Position numbers and translations under genes: made by a program | Notes under the pieces: generated by a model | The model's database searches: none | Told to the model about the DNA's origin: nothing | Seen by the model: the letters and a program-made list of their open reading frames with translations, nothing else | Shown: piece by piece, positions 25,465 through 37,600 of the stretch | Layout: each line of letters opens with the position of its first letter | Position numbering within the stretch: position 1 is the stretch's first letter | From: Azolla caroliniana | Taxonomy: Eukaryota > Plantae > Polypodiophyta | NCBI GenBank assembly: GCA_043228905.1 | Contig: JBHGNT010000021.1 | Coordinates: 6,510,001-6,574,000 of the forward strand | Direction: 5' to 3' | DNA: 64,000 nt

Positions 25465-28400
25465 TTATAAATTACCATTGGAAATGTCTACAAATCTCCT
25501 ATAAACAGCTAAGCTCTTGCTAGTCAGTGGAACGAGTCTACATATATTATCCGCATATCGAGCTCGGTATGGAGTCCACAACCATGCACCTAGTTGGCAG
25601 CTCACTGTTTGCACTAGGTACTGTTCAGGCATTTCCTCGGGTAGAATGAGACAGCATCTCCGAATATTGAAGTAGTGCCGGAAATGTTTTGTATCCAAAA
25701 TCAATGTATTGTCGGCATTATATTCAGGCCAAGTAGCCCAAAAATCAGAAAGTGTCTTGAATCTTGCAGCTTCCATTTGCTCACAATTTTCTCGTGCCCA
25801 TTGACCTTTAAAACAACTTCGCCATTTTGGGAAGAATCTTGCCAAACACTTCCACACATCTAATTTTGGTTTTTCACTCCAAATAAACAAATCAAAGTAT
25901 TGCACAACCCACTCTAGAAACTGATTCGCGTCCCTTCTTGGCTGCATATATCTCACACTCATCAAGACTTTATCAAGCTCCAAGATCAAGGCTCTTCTTT
26001 CGACTTCTAGTGGTTTAGGTTTCCATTCCTGAAACTGAGCCGCTGTTACACCATTTTCTGGTAGGATACGATCAATCTCAATCTGCTCAGGTTCGACCGA
26101 CACAACTGGCGTCCTTTTCCTCTTCAAACCCCTAGTCGACTGTGTTGGGCCTGGCTTCACATTCTGGTGCTCTTGTTTTGTCGACTTAGTTATCAATCCT
26201 TGGATTACCTCGGTGCATGTAGCTACTGATCTGCTCGATATCAGTCCACTGGTATCACATGCTGCATCTACCTGTAACACCAAGTCATCCGTGCTACATG
26301 CTGCATCTACCTGCAACACCAAGTCATCCGTGCAACATGCTTGATCAACTTGTGTGACCAGATCACTTGTGTCAGTTGCTACATCTACTTTCAAGATGGG
26401 GCCCTTTAAACATGCCGCAACATCAACAATATCCACACTGCCATTGGCCTTACGAGCAATAGAATCAAACCCTTTAGACTCTGCAACATCAGAAAACACC
26501 AACATATTCACACTCACAAAGTAACTAACAGTCTCACAAAACAACATCCTGAACATCAAAGAGTTTCAGTCATAGAACAACACTCTTCAAATTATCTTGG
26601 AAAAACATCATAGAGTTCCATTACATAATGTGGATCAAGCAACAACCAATCTAAGGTTTTACTTGTCCAACAGGATAGTAAAACTTCATAAAACCCTAGC
26701 AAAATCCCTAAGCGAACAATCATATCCAACTAAACAGTATTTCGCTCCACTACGTCTGGGCCCCTTGACCGAGTAACTAGTCTTGTTCCCGATCGTGGCC
26801 CCTTCTTCAGCCTTTTTCTGGTCGGTTCCCCATTTAGCCTTGCTTCTTTCACCCAATGCGCAAGTGTGTCCTCCTCCGACAACCTTCCCATCGCCTCAGC
26901 AGCTAATTGCACATCAGCCGTTTCTTGAACTAGCTTTTCAAGTACAGAGGGATCTGTTTGGACATTTTCAGTAGTTGGGCTCGGTGGGGTGGAATCAAGG
27001 TCTTGAGATTCGGAGAAATGTTGCATCAAGTGTTCATAAACACTGTTGTTGTGAACCTCAGTTTTACTTGTTGTTTCCACTATTTCATGGCAATTCACAT
27101 CGTTGCCTAATTCAGTACACTATTCCAAAAGAATAGGGTGGAGTTGATCTGAAGGAGATGTGATAGCAGGACTCTTACTTTCAGCCACGTTGGCAGCAGT
27201 ATCCTCATCTGTTGCAGCGTCATTAGCACCAGACACATCATGTGCCGTCCTTAATCCACAAGATTCTACAATAACATGGCAGCTATTTAGGATAGCTAAT
27301 TAGCTACTTTACTAAACTATGGTAGAAGCTAGGATATCTAATTAGCTAGTATGATAGTTAATTAGGATAGCTAATTAGCTACTTTACTCAACTATGGTAG
27401 TAGCTAGGATAGCTAATTAGCTACTATGGTAGCTAATTAGCTACTTTACTCAACTATGGTAGTAGCTAGGATAACTAATTAGCTACTTTACTCAACTATG
27501 GTAGTAGCTAGGATAGCTAATTAGCTACTTTACTCAACTATGGTAGTAGCTAGGATAGCTAATTAGCTACTTTACTAACTGTGGTAGTAGCTAGGATAGC
27601 TAATTAGCTACTTTACTAACTATGGTAGTAGCTAGGGTAGCTAATTAGCTAGTAGGATAGCTAATTAGCTACAATGATAGCTAATTAGCTACTTTCTCAA
27701 CTATGTAGTAGCTAGGATAGCTTATTAGCTACTAAGATAGCTAATTAGCTGCCAATAGCTAATTAGCTACTAGGATAGCTTATTAGCTACTTTACACAAC
27801 TATGGTAGTAGCTAATTAGCTACTATGATAGTTAATTAGCTAGTAGGATAGCTAATTAGTTGCCAGTAGCTAATTAGCTAGTAGGATAGCTAATTAGCTT
27901 TTTTACACAACTATTGTACTAGCTAATTAGCTAGTACCATAGCTAATTAGCTACTATGATAGCTAATTAGCTGCTAGTAGCTAATTAGCTACTAGGATAG
28001 CTTATTAGCTACTTTACACAACTATGGCAGTAGCTAATTAACTAGTAGGATAGCTAATTAGCTTTTTTACACAACTATGGCACTAGCTAATTAGCTAGTA
28101 CTATAGCTAATTAGCTACTAGGATAGCTAATTAGCTAGTAGCTCATTAGCTGCCAGTAGTTAATTAGCTAGTAGGATAGCTAATTAGAAAAGACTAAGCT
28201 TATTAGCTACAATATGGTATACCTGTTAGTTTTCTCCACTCATTTGGTAGAGCTGTACTGCAATCTCCCAAACAAAATGCAGCAATTCGACAGGCATGTT
28301 GAAAACAAAGCAGATGGTATGTGTGGTTGCATGGTTGTAGGTGAACCAACAAAGACGCAGTTTTGTCCTCCACACCTAACCCGCAAGCGATGCAACGTGC

Positions 28401-29545
28401 TTGAACTGTCAATAAATCATTTTCTGGTTCTGCTTCATTTGGTAAGGGAGCAAGAATGTTCAGGTCCAAATCCTGTCTGGTCCTTACCATTCCCTCCACA
28501 AAATGTAGCTGCTTCTTAAGGCATCTAACTACCTGTTCTTGATGAATGTATTGTTCCTTCAACGCAACAAAGAAATTTACCGATTAATTATTCCTGTTGT
28601 TGAAAGATACACCAACTTTGGTCAGGAATCGTTAACTTGAAGCTTATCCAAATTGTAATCTGCAACAGTATTTACACCTAGAAGGTCTAGGTTCATTGAA
28701 AGAACCTGGATCTCTATTTGCAGTTGTATTTTATGCTGGGGATCCAGTGGCCCCTCTAATTCACGCTCCTGTTGCGCAACCTATTCCAGATAATGCTTGA
28801 TTAGCACATTTTACCCTTAAAGTTATTTATAACACAATCACATACCAGCAAAACAATAGTTACCTGAATCTTATTTCTAATCGTTGTAACAGCGGAAGTA
28901 ACTTTGCTTTCCATTGCAGAAGCCATTGTGGCTTTCTCTAAATCAGTCTTAGAAAATGCCAATGTCTCACAGGCTTCATGGACATTTTTTTGCATATAGC
29001 TAACCAATGTCTCACCTGTATCATCGACATTGGCTTTCCTTGGGTGTCGGTGTGGTGTATGCCCCCGGTCTTGCTGGGAGTCGGCAGTTGCATCAACAAC
29101 TGCCATGCTCCAAAATCTGTCTATTTTCTGTGCCAAGGTCCCCATCTTTCGGCATCTTTTTACCGATGCCTCACCATAGACTGCCGAAGCTACCCTATAC
29201 ATTTCAGGGTCTCTGGATTCCTTCGCTGTTTTGCAGTACTCATATGCAAATTCTCTAGCAAATGAAACTGACAACTCATTGTTGACTGGGATCTCCTGAT
29301 GAACTTTCTGGTGCAGTCTCATGCAGTCATCGTACAAGTCGGCTCGTACATGCTTCAGCTTGACCTTGCCTTTGACTTTAGGCACTGTATATACTGTCAT
29401 CCAGTCTACATCACTGATCAATTTATCACTTAGGACAGCAGGGTCAACACCCTCGAGTGACAGACCATAGGTGTTGTGGAAGTCCTCCTTTGTCTCGCAA
29501 AATTTTGCGAAGTTTAGCACTCTCGTATACGGAGGAACGAGCCAT
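25465..29545 (-). pseudogene. Multi-exon cargo gene: helical N-terminal region, RING finger, acidic linker and FCP1/NIF HAD-phosphatase-like domain
   Basis: RING CIAC...PCNHTYHLLC...CLGDC at 28203-28562. A phase-1 intron 27266-28222 joins it to the next exon. The C-terminal ALILELDKVL..RRDANQFLEW..FDLFIWS..WAREN C..KTLSDFW..NTLILD pattern resembles FCP1-like phosphatases. The start exon is not resolved. Confidence 0.7.
27275..28210. repeat. TAGCTAATTAGCTA palindrome array filling the cargo-gene intron
   Basis: About 930 bp made of the palindrome with ~43-44-bp higher-order units (GGATAGCTAATTAGCTACTTTACTCAACTATGGTAGTAGCTA). Confidence 0.95.
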
Positions 29546-29649
29546 CTGAAATATCATTTCAAAAATCAGAAATAGTGCAAAATCAGAATATGTGAGAATA
29601 AGAAACCCCAATCAACAACAACAAAAATGGTGCAAAATCTTTAACTTAG

Positions 29650-29850
29650 CAAATCAGAAACCCTAATCATAATTTGTATTCAGAAATTTGAAATCAGAAA
29701 CCCTAATCAAAATCTGTAATCAGAAGTTTGTAACCAGAAACCTTATTCAGAAATTCTAATCAGAAATTTATAATCAAAAACCCTAATCAAAAATTTCAAT
29801 CAGAAACCCTAATCAAAAATTTCAATCACAAACCCTAATAAAAAATCCTA
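29650..29850. repeat. Telo-box-like AAACCCTAATC short repeats
   Basis: At least five AAACCCTAA motifs in ~25-40-bp degenerate units, upstream of the cargo gene. Confidence 0.75.
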
Positions 29851-30015
29851 AACAGAAATTTTGATTTTCCCACAAAAAAGACTAGCTAAACAAAAAGTTA
29901 ATTAGCTATGGCCATTTTAGTAGCTAATTAGCTATAATAGTGTTTCCACTCGCATGCTTTTACCCATGTAATTTTACAAAAATGGGTGACTCATGCGTAA
30001 AGGGTATTTAAAAAA

Positions 30016-31202
30016 GGGAAAAGTACCAGGATACCCCTAGAAGTTCATCTATTTAACAGAATGCCCCTAAAAGTTCCAAATTTACCAAACTACCCCTATG
30101 TCCAAAAAAAATACTTTATTAAGTAATTATACACTCAAATCTACAAGCCCTATTTACCAAAATACCCTTAAACCTAAACTTATTTACCATAATGCCACTA
30201 TATACCTATTTTGACCAATTTATACCACTTTTATTTTTCAAAATACATCACAAATCAAGCTAAATTATCAAAATTATATTATGTATCAAAAATTTCAATT
30301 GAAAGGGCACCTTAAAATCCAATTCTATGAATTTACACCGAGTTATGCTGGCTTAATCCCATAAAACCAAAATTTGTGATTGAAGTGACCAAAATTTAAT
30401 CTTAAAACCAAAACATTTGATCGCACACCAAATTTTACCACTAGGATGCCATTTTGAAGCCAAATCCCATGAATTTGTAGATTCATAAACAATTTGCGGC
30501 CAAAATGTTAAACCAAATCTCACAAAAAACTTTGCTACCAAAATGTCATTTTAAACGAAATCTCACATAACACTTTGCTATTAAAATGCCATCTTAAACC
30601 AAATTTCATGATTTTACACAAAAATTTGTTAGCAAAATGCAGTCACAACTAAATCTCCTCAATCTCATCAATTTCAAAAATACTTGCAAACCAAAATTAA
30701 TTATCGAAATGTAATAATTACATGTTATCGAAATTGTTTGTGAATCTGCAAATTCATGGGATTTGGCTTCAAAATGGCCTCCCAATGGTAAAATTTGGTG
30801 TGCGATCAAATGTTTTGGTTTTAAGATTAAATTTTGGTCACCTCAATCACAAATTTTGGTTTTATGGGATTAAGCCAGTATAACTTGGTGTAAATTCATA
30901 GAATTGGATTTTAAGATGACCTTTCAATTGAAATTTTTGATATATAATTTAATTTTGATAATTTAGTTTGATTTATGATGTATTTTGAAAAATAAAAGTG
31001 GTATAAATTGGTCAAAATAGATATATAGTGGCATTATGGTAAATAAGTTTAGGTTTAAGGGTATTTTGGTAAATAGATTTCAGTGTATAATTACTTTATA
31101 AAGTGTATTTTTTTGGACATAGGGGTAGTTTGGTAAATTTGGAACTTTCAGGGGCATTTTGGTAAATAAACGAACTTCTAGGGGTATCCTAGTACTTTTC
31201 CC
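30016..31202. mobile_element. Non-autonomous Mutator-type foldback element (MULE-MITE), 1187 bp
   Basis: Inverted arms of ~480 bp starting GGGAAAAGTAC and ending GTACTTTTCCC. 9-bp TSD TTTAAAAAA at 30007-30015 and 31203-31211. No coding capacity. Confidence 0.9.
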
Positions 31203-31840
31203 TTTAAAAAATGACCTAAATTATATTGATTTTTAGCAATGGCAACAACTTCTAGGCTTTCAAAAAAGCTTAAATAATAGACACGCCAAACTTACAAAAG
31301 GATGTTCAAAATTTACAAATGAACTTAGCCATCATTTATAGATATTCGTAAATTGACATTTGAAGTAAGATATAATATGTATAGTTCATGTCTTAGAACA
31401 TTCACTTCCCAAAGATATGCCATCATTCTCAGACTCATCCGATGAGGTAGACGAGCTTTGTGAGGTCTCATCCTCTTCATCACTTGCAACCAATGCATTG
31501 TCTTCATCTAATTGCAATCCAACCTCACCATGATTATGACACATACTCCTCCAGTGAGTGGTGATGAGTCCTTGACACCATTGATGGGGCACCAATGTTC
31601 CATTGAAATGGATATTCGAAGGGCCAATATCTAGCCATGTAGTTATCCAAAATCGTATGCTAGTGACTGAGACATCCCACCATTCAATATTCTGATCACC
31701 AACATACTTCTTGGTGCACTCAATATTTTTTTGTTTGGTTTCAAGGCATCGCATCCAATATCTTTTTTGTTCATCAATCAAAATACCAGGAGCCAATTTT
31801 TATGGTCGTCATATGGCATTTGTTCCACACCATCGATTCC

Positions 31841-32525
31841 TATTGAGAAACGAATCGTTAATTCATAAGAAAAGGAATATGTTGAAACACACAACTCGAA
31901 AACATAGAAAATAGTGTACACAGATTTAACGTGGAAACCCTCAAACGGAGAAAACCACGGAGAACGGAGGTTCACTATACAATGGATATACAATGACGAG
32001 ATCAAAGTACAACACTCTCTACACAGAGTGTAACAACCGCGTGGGGCTCTTGGCGTATGTTGTTACAGAACATAGCTATGGCGCTGCTCGCTCTATCTTC
32101 TCTCGTTCATATTCTTCTCTATTGCTATCTCAAACAGAGGATACAACTATTTTGTATCTCTACATAGTTTGCCCTAGGTATATATATACTAATACATGGT
32201 ATTGGCTATTTACAAATGTAGCCCCCACTACACATCACTACTATTATTATATATAATAATAAGTAGCCATAAGCCGACTCTAGGGTCAACTGTCCAGTCG
32301 GTTTGACTAGTCTGCCTGGTCATTGACCATCCGGTCAGCCCTACTAGTCGGTCATGTCTTCGACTTGGATCTCCTTTCTATAGACTCACACAGTCGACTT
32401 TCTCGCAGTCGACTCTTCAACCATCGGTACTCGGCTTGAACAGTTGGTTCCTCCTAGTCTTCGATTGTCGGCACTTCTTGGCCCGAACAATCGGCTCCTC
32501 CCATTGGAGGGACATATTCCTACCA
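31841..32525 (-). mobile_element. Copia-type solo LTR, 685 bp
   Basis: 5-bp TSD ATTCC at 31836-31840 and 32526-32530; splits the relic transposase. The minus-strand start TGGTAGGAATATGTCCCTCC resembles the LTR start at 14627. Confidence 0.75.
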
Positions 32526-34575
32526 ATTCCCACATATGGAAAATGCAAGAAAAGAGTACAACCCTCTGGTGCCTCCCATTGTGAACTAGATGAATATTGT
32601 TTGGAATACAACGTCCAGTTGTGGCTCCCCGAACTTCTTTTTATGAGGAAGACATGGTTAAAACTTATATTATTTAACGGTGCAAGAACCCTACCTTCAG
32701 TTCCATCACTATACATGTAAAAACGTTTAAAATCATAAACTTCATTCAAATAATGTACTTGTGGGTTTGGAGTATAAGTTTCACTGATAATCTTTGATAG
32801 CATAGGAAGTGTGAAAGCATCACATCTCGCTAATTTCTTTGAGAATCTACTAAACATTTGATCAATATGATCATGGGTATGACCAACTAGTAACAAATTG
32901 ACCGACCTTTTTATAAAATATACCCCTCTCTATTAGCATGATTAAATAACCAAACACAATTGAGTTTTTGTTTTCACTTGCTGTCTTGTCGAGTTGCATG
33001 TACAGAACTGGCGGGAGAATACCTTGCCAACATTGTAACACTCTTTAAATGACTGTGATTGTAAGATTTGGGTTGTTGTGGATATTAGGATAAGTTCAGA
33101 ATACTTGAGGCCATATTGTTTGACAATAGGTCAACGAGATAACCAAAAGTGGCTGAGCCGCCCAAACAAAGCAACCCGGAAGAAAAGATGATTGATGATG
33201 ACATCATCGAAGAACTGGCGAAGAAGTTTGAGACGGTCACGCTAGCCAACATGTATCGTTGGGGCCCCAAAGGAAAAGAACCCTTTAGATGCGTGTGGTG
33301 TGATAGCATGGACCACATGAGAAGGGATTGTTTGAGCCTTTGAGACGCCATTCGACAAAATATCCTATACATGGATGGCAACATGATCTGCTTGAATGAA
33401 ACCAGAAGAACCCTGCGAGTGAATTTCGGAAGAGGAGGAATGAAGAAAGCTATGGAAGATGCCGAGGCGACTCATGTGGATGCAATGCACTATGCTGCAT
33501 TGGCCGGAATAAGAGTCGGGAAAGACAAAACTGAAGCTGCTAGAGTGGGAGCAAAGTTTTGGTCTACCATTCTCGAGTATGAGAAGAAGGGAAAAGTCAC
33601 TTCGAATGAAGTAGAGCTTGCGGACCGAAGTGTGCAAAGTATAACCGGATGGTCGGATCCAGTGGATGAAAACACCATACTCGCGGAAGTGATGTGTAAC
33701 GACCACAAGGTGTTCGTGGATGAAAAGAGAAAAAGAATGGAAGGGCAAGACAACCCGTCAAAAAGACATGAAACAAGGAGCGCAAAAAAGAAAGAAGATG
33801 TAGAAGCAAGTCAAGCTTTGCGAATGGAGGAAAGAGAATCAAGCCGAAAAGGGGAGTCGAGGAGACGAGTCAAAGAAACGGTTCGGCAGATGAGGGTTGA
33901 TGTCGAAGACCCTGCTCAAAAGACAAGAACTATGCCTACCTATAAGCTAAGGTCGAACATAGAGCAGACGACAGATATGAAGAAGATTCTCGAGGAATGT
34001 TTTCTTGATAGCCACGTGACCTTGTCCTTGAGGGAATTTCTCGGCATTATGAAGAAGGAATTCCATGATACGATTGTGGACCTTGTAAAGAGAAAAAGGC
34101 AAGAGTCGAACGAGGAAGAAGAGAAGCCACTAAAAGCAAAAACAACAACGGAGACGCCGGTGAAGATCGGGGAGAAGAAAGAGACCGTGGTAGCCTTGAT
34201 TGACCATGGCTCGGAGATCAAGCTCATGTTAATCGAGTTCTACAAAAAAGGAAGATGGCCAATTAATAAAAACCATGGATGGAAGATCCGAGTGGCAACA
34301 AAAGCCACATAGGACTTGTACGGAGCTTGTCCCAATCTTAAAGTCACGATTGGGGATGTAGAGATGGATCCACACTTCTTCGTGCAAGAATCGGCTTCGC
34401 ATCTTGTCATCCTAGGACAACCATATATCACATCATCCCGGATGGAGACCAAGGTGTTCGATAATGGAGCAGCCTTCACGCAAGTCAAGAGTCTTGACAG
34501 TCAAAAATCTGTTCAATTCCTAATGGTGCGAGCTAATCATGAAAGGAACCGAGATAACCTTGGAGGAGAATCCTC

Positions 34576-34638
34576 GGATTTTTAGATCGGACTATTGAAG
34601 CATGGGGCACAAATAGTCCGAGCGATTACAAGTCCCCA
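34576..34638 (+). promoter_or_regulatory. Putative -1 ribosomal frameshift signal (GGAUUUU plus H-type pseudoknot)
   Basis: The gag-PR frame stops at TAG 34583-34585 and the RT ORF is in the -1 frame. Stem CGGACTATT/AATAGTCCG; loop TGGGG can pair with CCCCA at 34634-34638. Conserved at 41970 (+) and 53051 (-). Confidence 0.75.
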
Positions 34639-37600
34639 CAAGAAAGTAGAGCACGTGGATTGCAAGGAGAAGCAACATGTGTCACACCTAGTGGCACATG
34701 TAAACTAACACTACTCAACAAGAAGGACAAGCGTCAAATACAAGACTTCGGGAAGATGCTGAAAGAAGAAAACATAATAGAAGAAGAAGAATTCGTGACT
34801 CATATTATGGAAGAAGCCTCATTTAACGACACCATCGGTGAAATCGAGGAAGTTGTGGACTTGAGTTATCTTCACGATCAACATGTGATTTCGGTTAACT
34901 CCGTCAACATGTACGCTATCATCAATGAATATCATCGAAGCATCTTGATGGAGGAAGATGACATCAACACAAAATATAAAATGGTGGATAGAAAGATCAA
35001 GACAATTGTGGTCCCGCTACCGAAAGACAGTTGGCAGAAGATGAAGGAAGTCGCTAATGATCCAAGCTTAAGGGATCCAAAGGCAATAGGTCATGTCTTC
35101 ATTGAAGAGACGAAAGGGAAGCTATGACTTGGAAGGGAGAACTCCCTCCTCCCTGAAGAGGAGCGAATGTACCGCGGAATGCTTGAGAGACATGGGAAAG
35201 CCTTTGCCTTCTCTCCACAAGAGACCGGATGTGCCGACCCAAAGATTATAGAGCCGATGGTGATATTTACGGTGCCTCATGTACCTTGGAACCTCAAGTT
35301 GATACCAGTTCCAAGAGCTCACATTCCAAAGTTGATTGAGATTCTAAAGGAAAAGGTTAAGAGGGGGATTCTTGAGCCGTCCAATGCTCCCTACTCCAAT
35401 AGATGGTTTACGGTGCCGAAGAAGAACGAGTCCTTACGCATTATTCAAGATCTCCAACCCGTCAACAAGGTGACGTTCCGAAATGTTGGAATCAGTCAAA
35501 GTGTAGATGAATTTGTTGAGGCCTTCACGGGAAGATCAATCTATTCGATTGGTGATCTCTACTCAGGCTATGACCAGTTTCAATTGGTCGTCGATAGTAG
35601 AGACATAACGACAATGAGGACGACAATCGGGTTGGTAAGGATGTGCACCTTACCCCAAGGTGTGACAAACTCCGTAGCCCACATGGTGAATGCCCTGAAC
35701 AAAGTGTTGAAGGATTGTATCCCTAATATCATAATGCCCTTCTTTGAAGACATTCCGATCAAAGGATGCTTGGGGGAAGAAAAAGATGAATCGAAAGATC
35801 GAGATGGATGTCGGAGATTTGTATCAAACCATATAGAAGATTGTGACAGAGTGCTACAAAGATTAGAAGGACCCAGACTTACATTCTCCGGAGAAAAGTC
35901 GACATTCGGCCAACGCCAAGTCCTAGTAGTGGGACATCTTTGCGGACCATACGGATGGAGACCCTCTCCTAAGAAGGTGAATGCTATTCAAGAGATGTGA
36001 GAAGAATGTATATCCCAGACAAAGGTGCGAAGATTCTTGGGATCATGTGACTTTTATCATATATGGATTCCGCACTATGTTGTTGTGAAGATCCGTCACT
36101 ACGTGCAGATCGTGAGGTGGAACCGCCGGGGTTCTAGACTGGAAGGATTCGAAGTTTGCACTAACTTTAGCGAGAAAGTATTTAAGATAGATTGAGTGAG
36201 ATTGATATAATGAAAAAGAGATATTGAGATAAAGATTGAACTTTTAACTTTTAGATTTAAGAGAGAAGATACATCAACAATAGGATTACAAGTTTCTTAT
36301 TTTTCCCAAATTTTTCATTAGTTTCATTTGCTTGATTCCTCCTTTCTTTTATAGATGCCCCCATGCATATGGTGCATGTGAGGGTGCAAGACATGCACGT
36401 AATGCATGAAATGCATGCTTGCCATGTCATCATCTAAGCTCTCATGTATGAGAATTTACATGTAAAAGTATAATGATAAAAATATAGCTTCTAAGGAAAT
36501 GACTTGGCTTAGTGATAAGTATATTGCTTCCTATCTTGGAGGTGTAAGGTTCAAGCCTTTCTCACATTCCTTTTAAAACAGAAAATACTACTAGGCTTTT
36601 GGTCTTGTATTTACACCGAAAATCTTCAAAACACCATGCACTGCTATCAATCGACCGATCTGTCTGTCCGGTCCCGTCTGTCCCGACCGGTTCAATCCGA
36701 TCCCGATCCGATCCTATCCGTCGCCATCCGGTCCCGGTCTGAGTCGTTGGTTGCCATCTCGCCGTCTCTGGTCGGCCAAAACCTCTACACATAGTTAGGC
36801 CACACCCATTCATCCGGTTATTTTAGCTCAAGTCACCTTGAACATTCTATGATTCACTCATAAACACAAAATAATAGATTTTGGCCCTGCTTATATCTAT
36901 GTGGAATATCTCGTAGTTTTGTTTTTTTCTCTTCTTCTTCGCAAACTTCATACTCACATAACTTGCCACTTAGTTTTCCGTTTCTTATGTGGTAAAGTGT
37001 ATTCGAAAGCTCTTGAAGACCTCCATTTTTTTGTACCAAGATATTAAACTAGTATAAAATAGTATCTTCACTATTATTATTTTATGTTTTGTGTGAAGAA
37101 CCACACTCGATTTTATACATTCCATTCAATTTTCACACTGTTGGCGAAAATCTTTATGACATCCACCCCCACCAAACCACACATCCTCCGGTATGTGCCA
37201 AGAAGAGAGAGTGTGAGATTTCAGCTACGATGATCAATTAGATTCCTCCACGTCCTCATGTACATAACTGAAGTTTCTAGGTTCCCTCCTACTATCTTCA
37301 TCATCGAGGTGATCGAGGTCAGGATCCTCGTCTTGTCTTTTCTTGAAAATCTGTACTCTTTTTCCCGCAATGGGTATGGCCAACCTTGATCCATCTAGGA
37401 CCGCAAGGTGGTATGTGACATTGTCGTTGGCACTTATCACTACTTACGGTCTGAACAATGTTCTTGCAAACTTTCTAGTTACACTGTGTTGATTGTCAAG
37501 GGTGTTGTCGTAGAACAATACCCAATCTCCTTCTTCGATCTTCTTGGGACGCAGTCGATGCGTTTTGTCGAACTGAATTTTGTTCTTCACTTGGGGTGCC

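Larger units (their letters stand above)
20533..29965. mobile_element. Complete Sola2-like TIR DNA transposon, 9433 bp, two convergent genes
   Basis: 25-bp TIRs GGGTGAAAGCATGCGAGTGGAAACA and TGTTTCCACTCGCATGCTTTTACCC (one mismatch), with GRG-type termini. 4-bp TSD ATGT at 20529-20532 and 29966-29969. Confidence 0.9.
20459..33135 (-). mobile_element. Relic second copy of the Sola1-like family (one TIR plus transposase C-terminal half), hosting three later insertions
   Basis: TIR AACACCGGGTCATTTGAAATAGGTAATAT at 20459. The subterminal sequence resumes at 29970 and 31212. Transposase pieces at 31386-31840 and 32526-33135 (LLVGHTHDHIDQMFSRFSKKLARC) are homologous to 3633-5145. Confidence 0.85.

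Noticed and set aside
25465-26559. Host CTD-phosphatase gene
   Set aside because: It lies inside transposon TIRs, has a degenerate catalytic motif and belongs to a stop-containing gene model, so it is treated as element cargo.
29650-29850. Interstitial telomere
   Set aside because: The AAACCCT motifs are isolated within longer units, not tandem heptamers.
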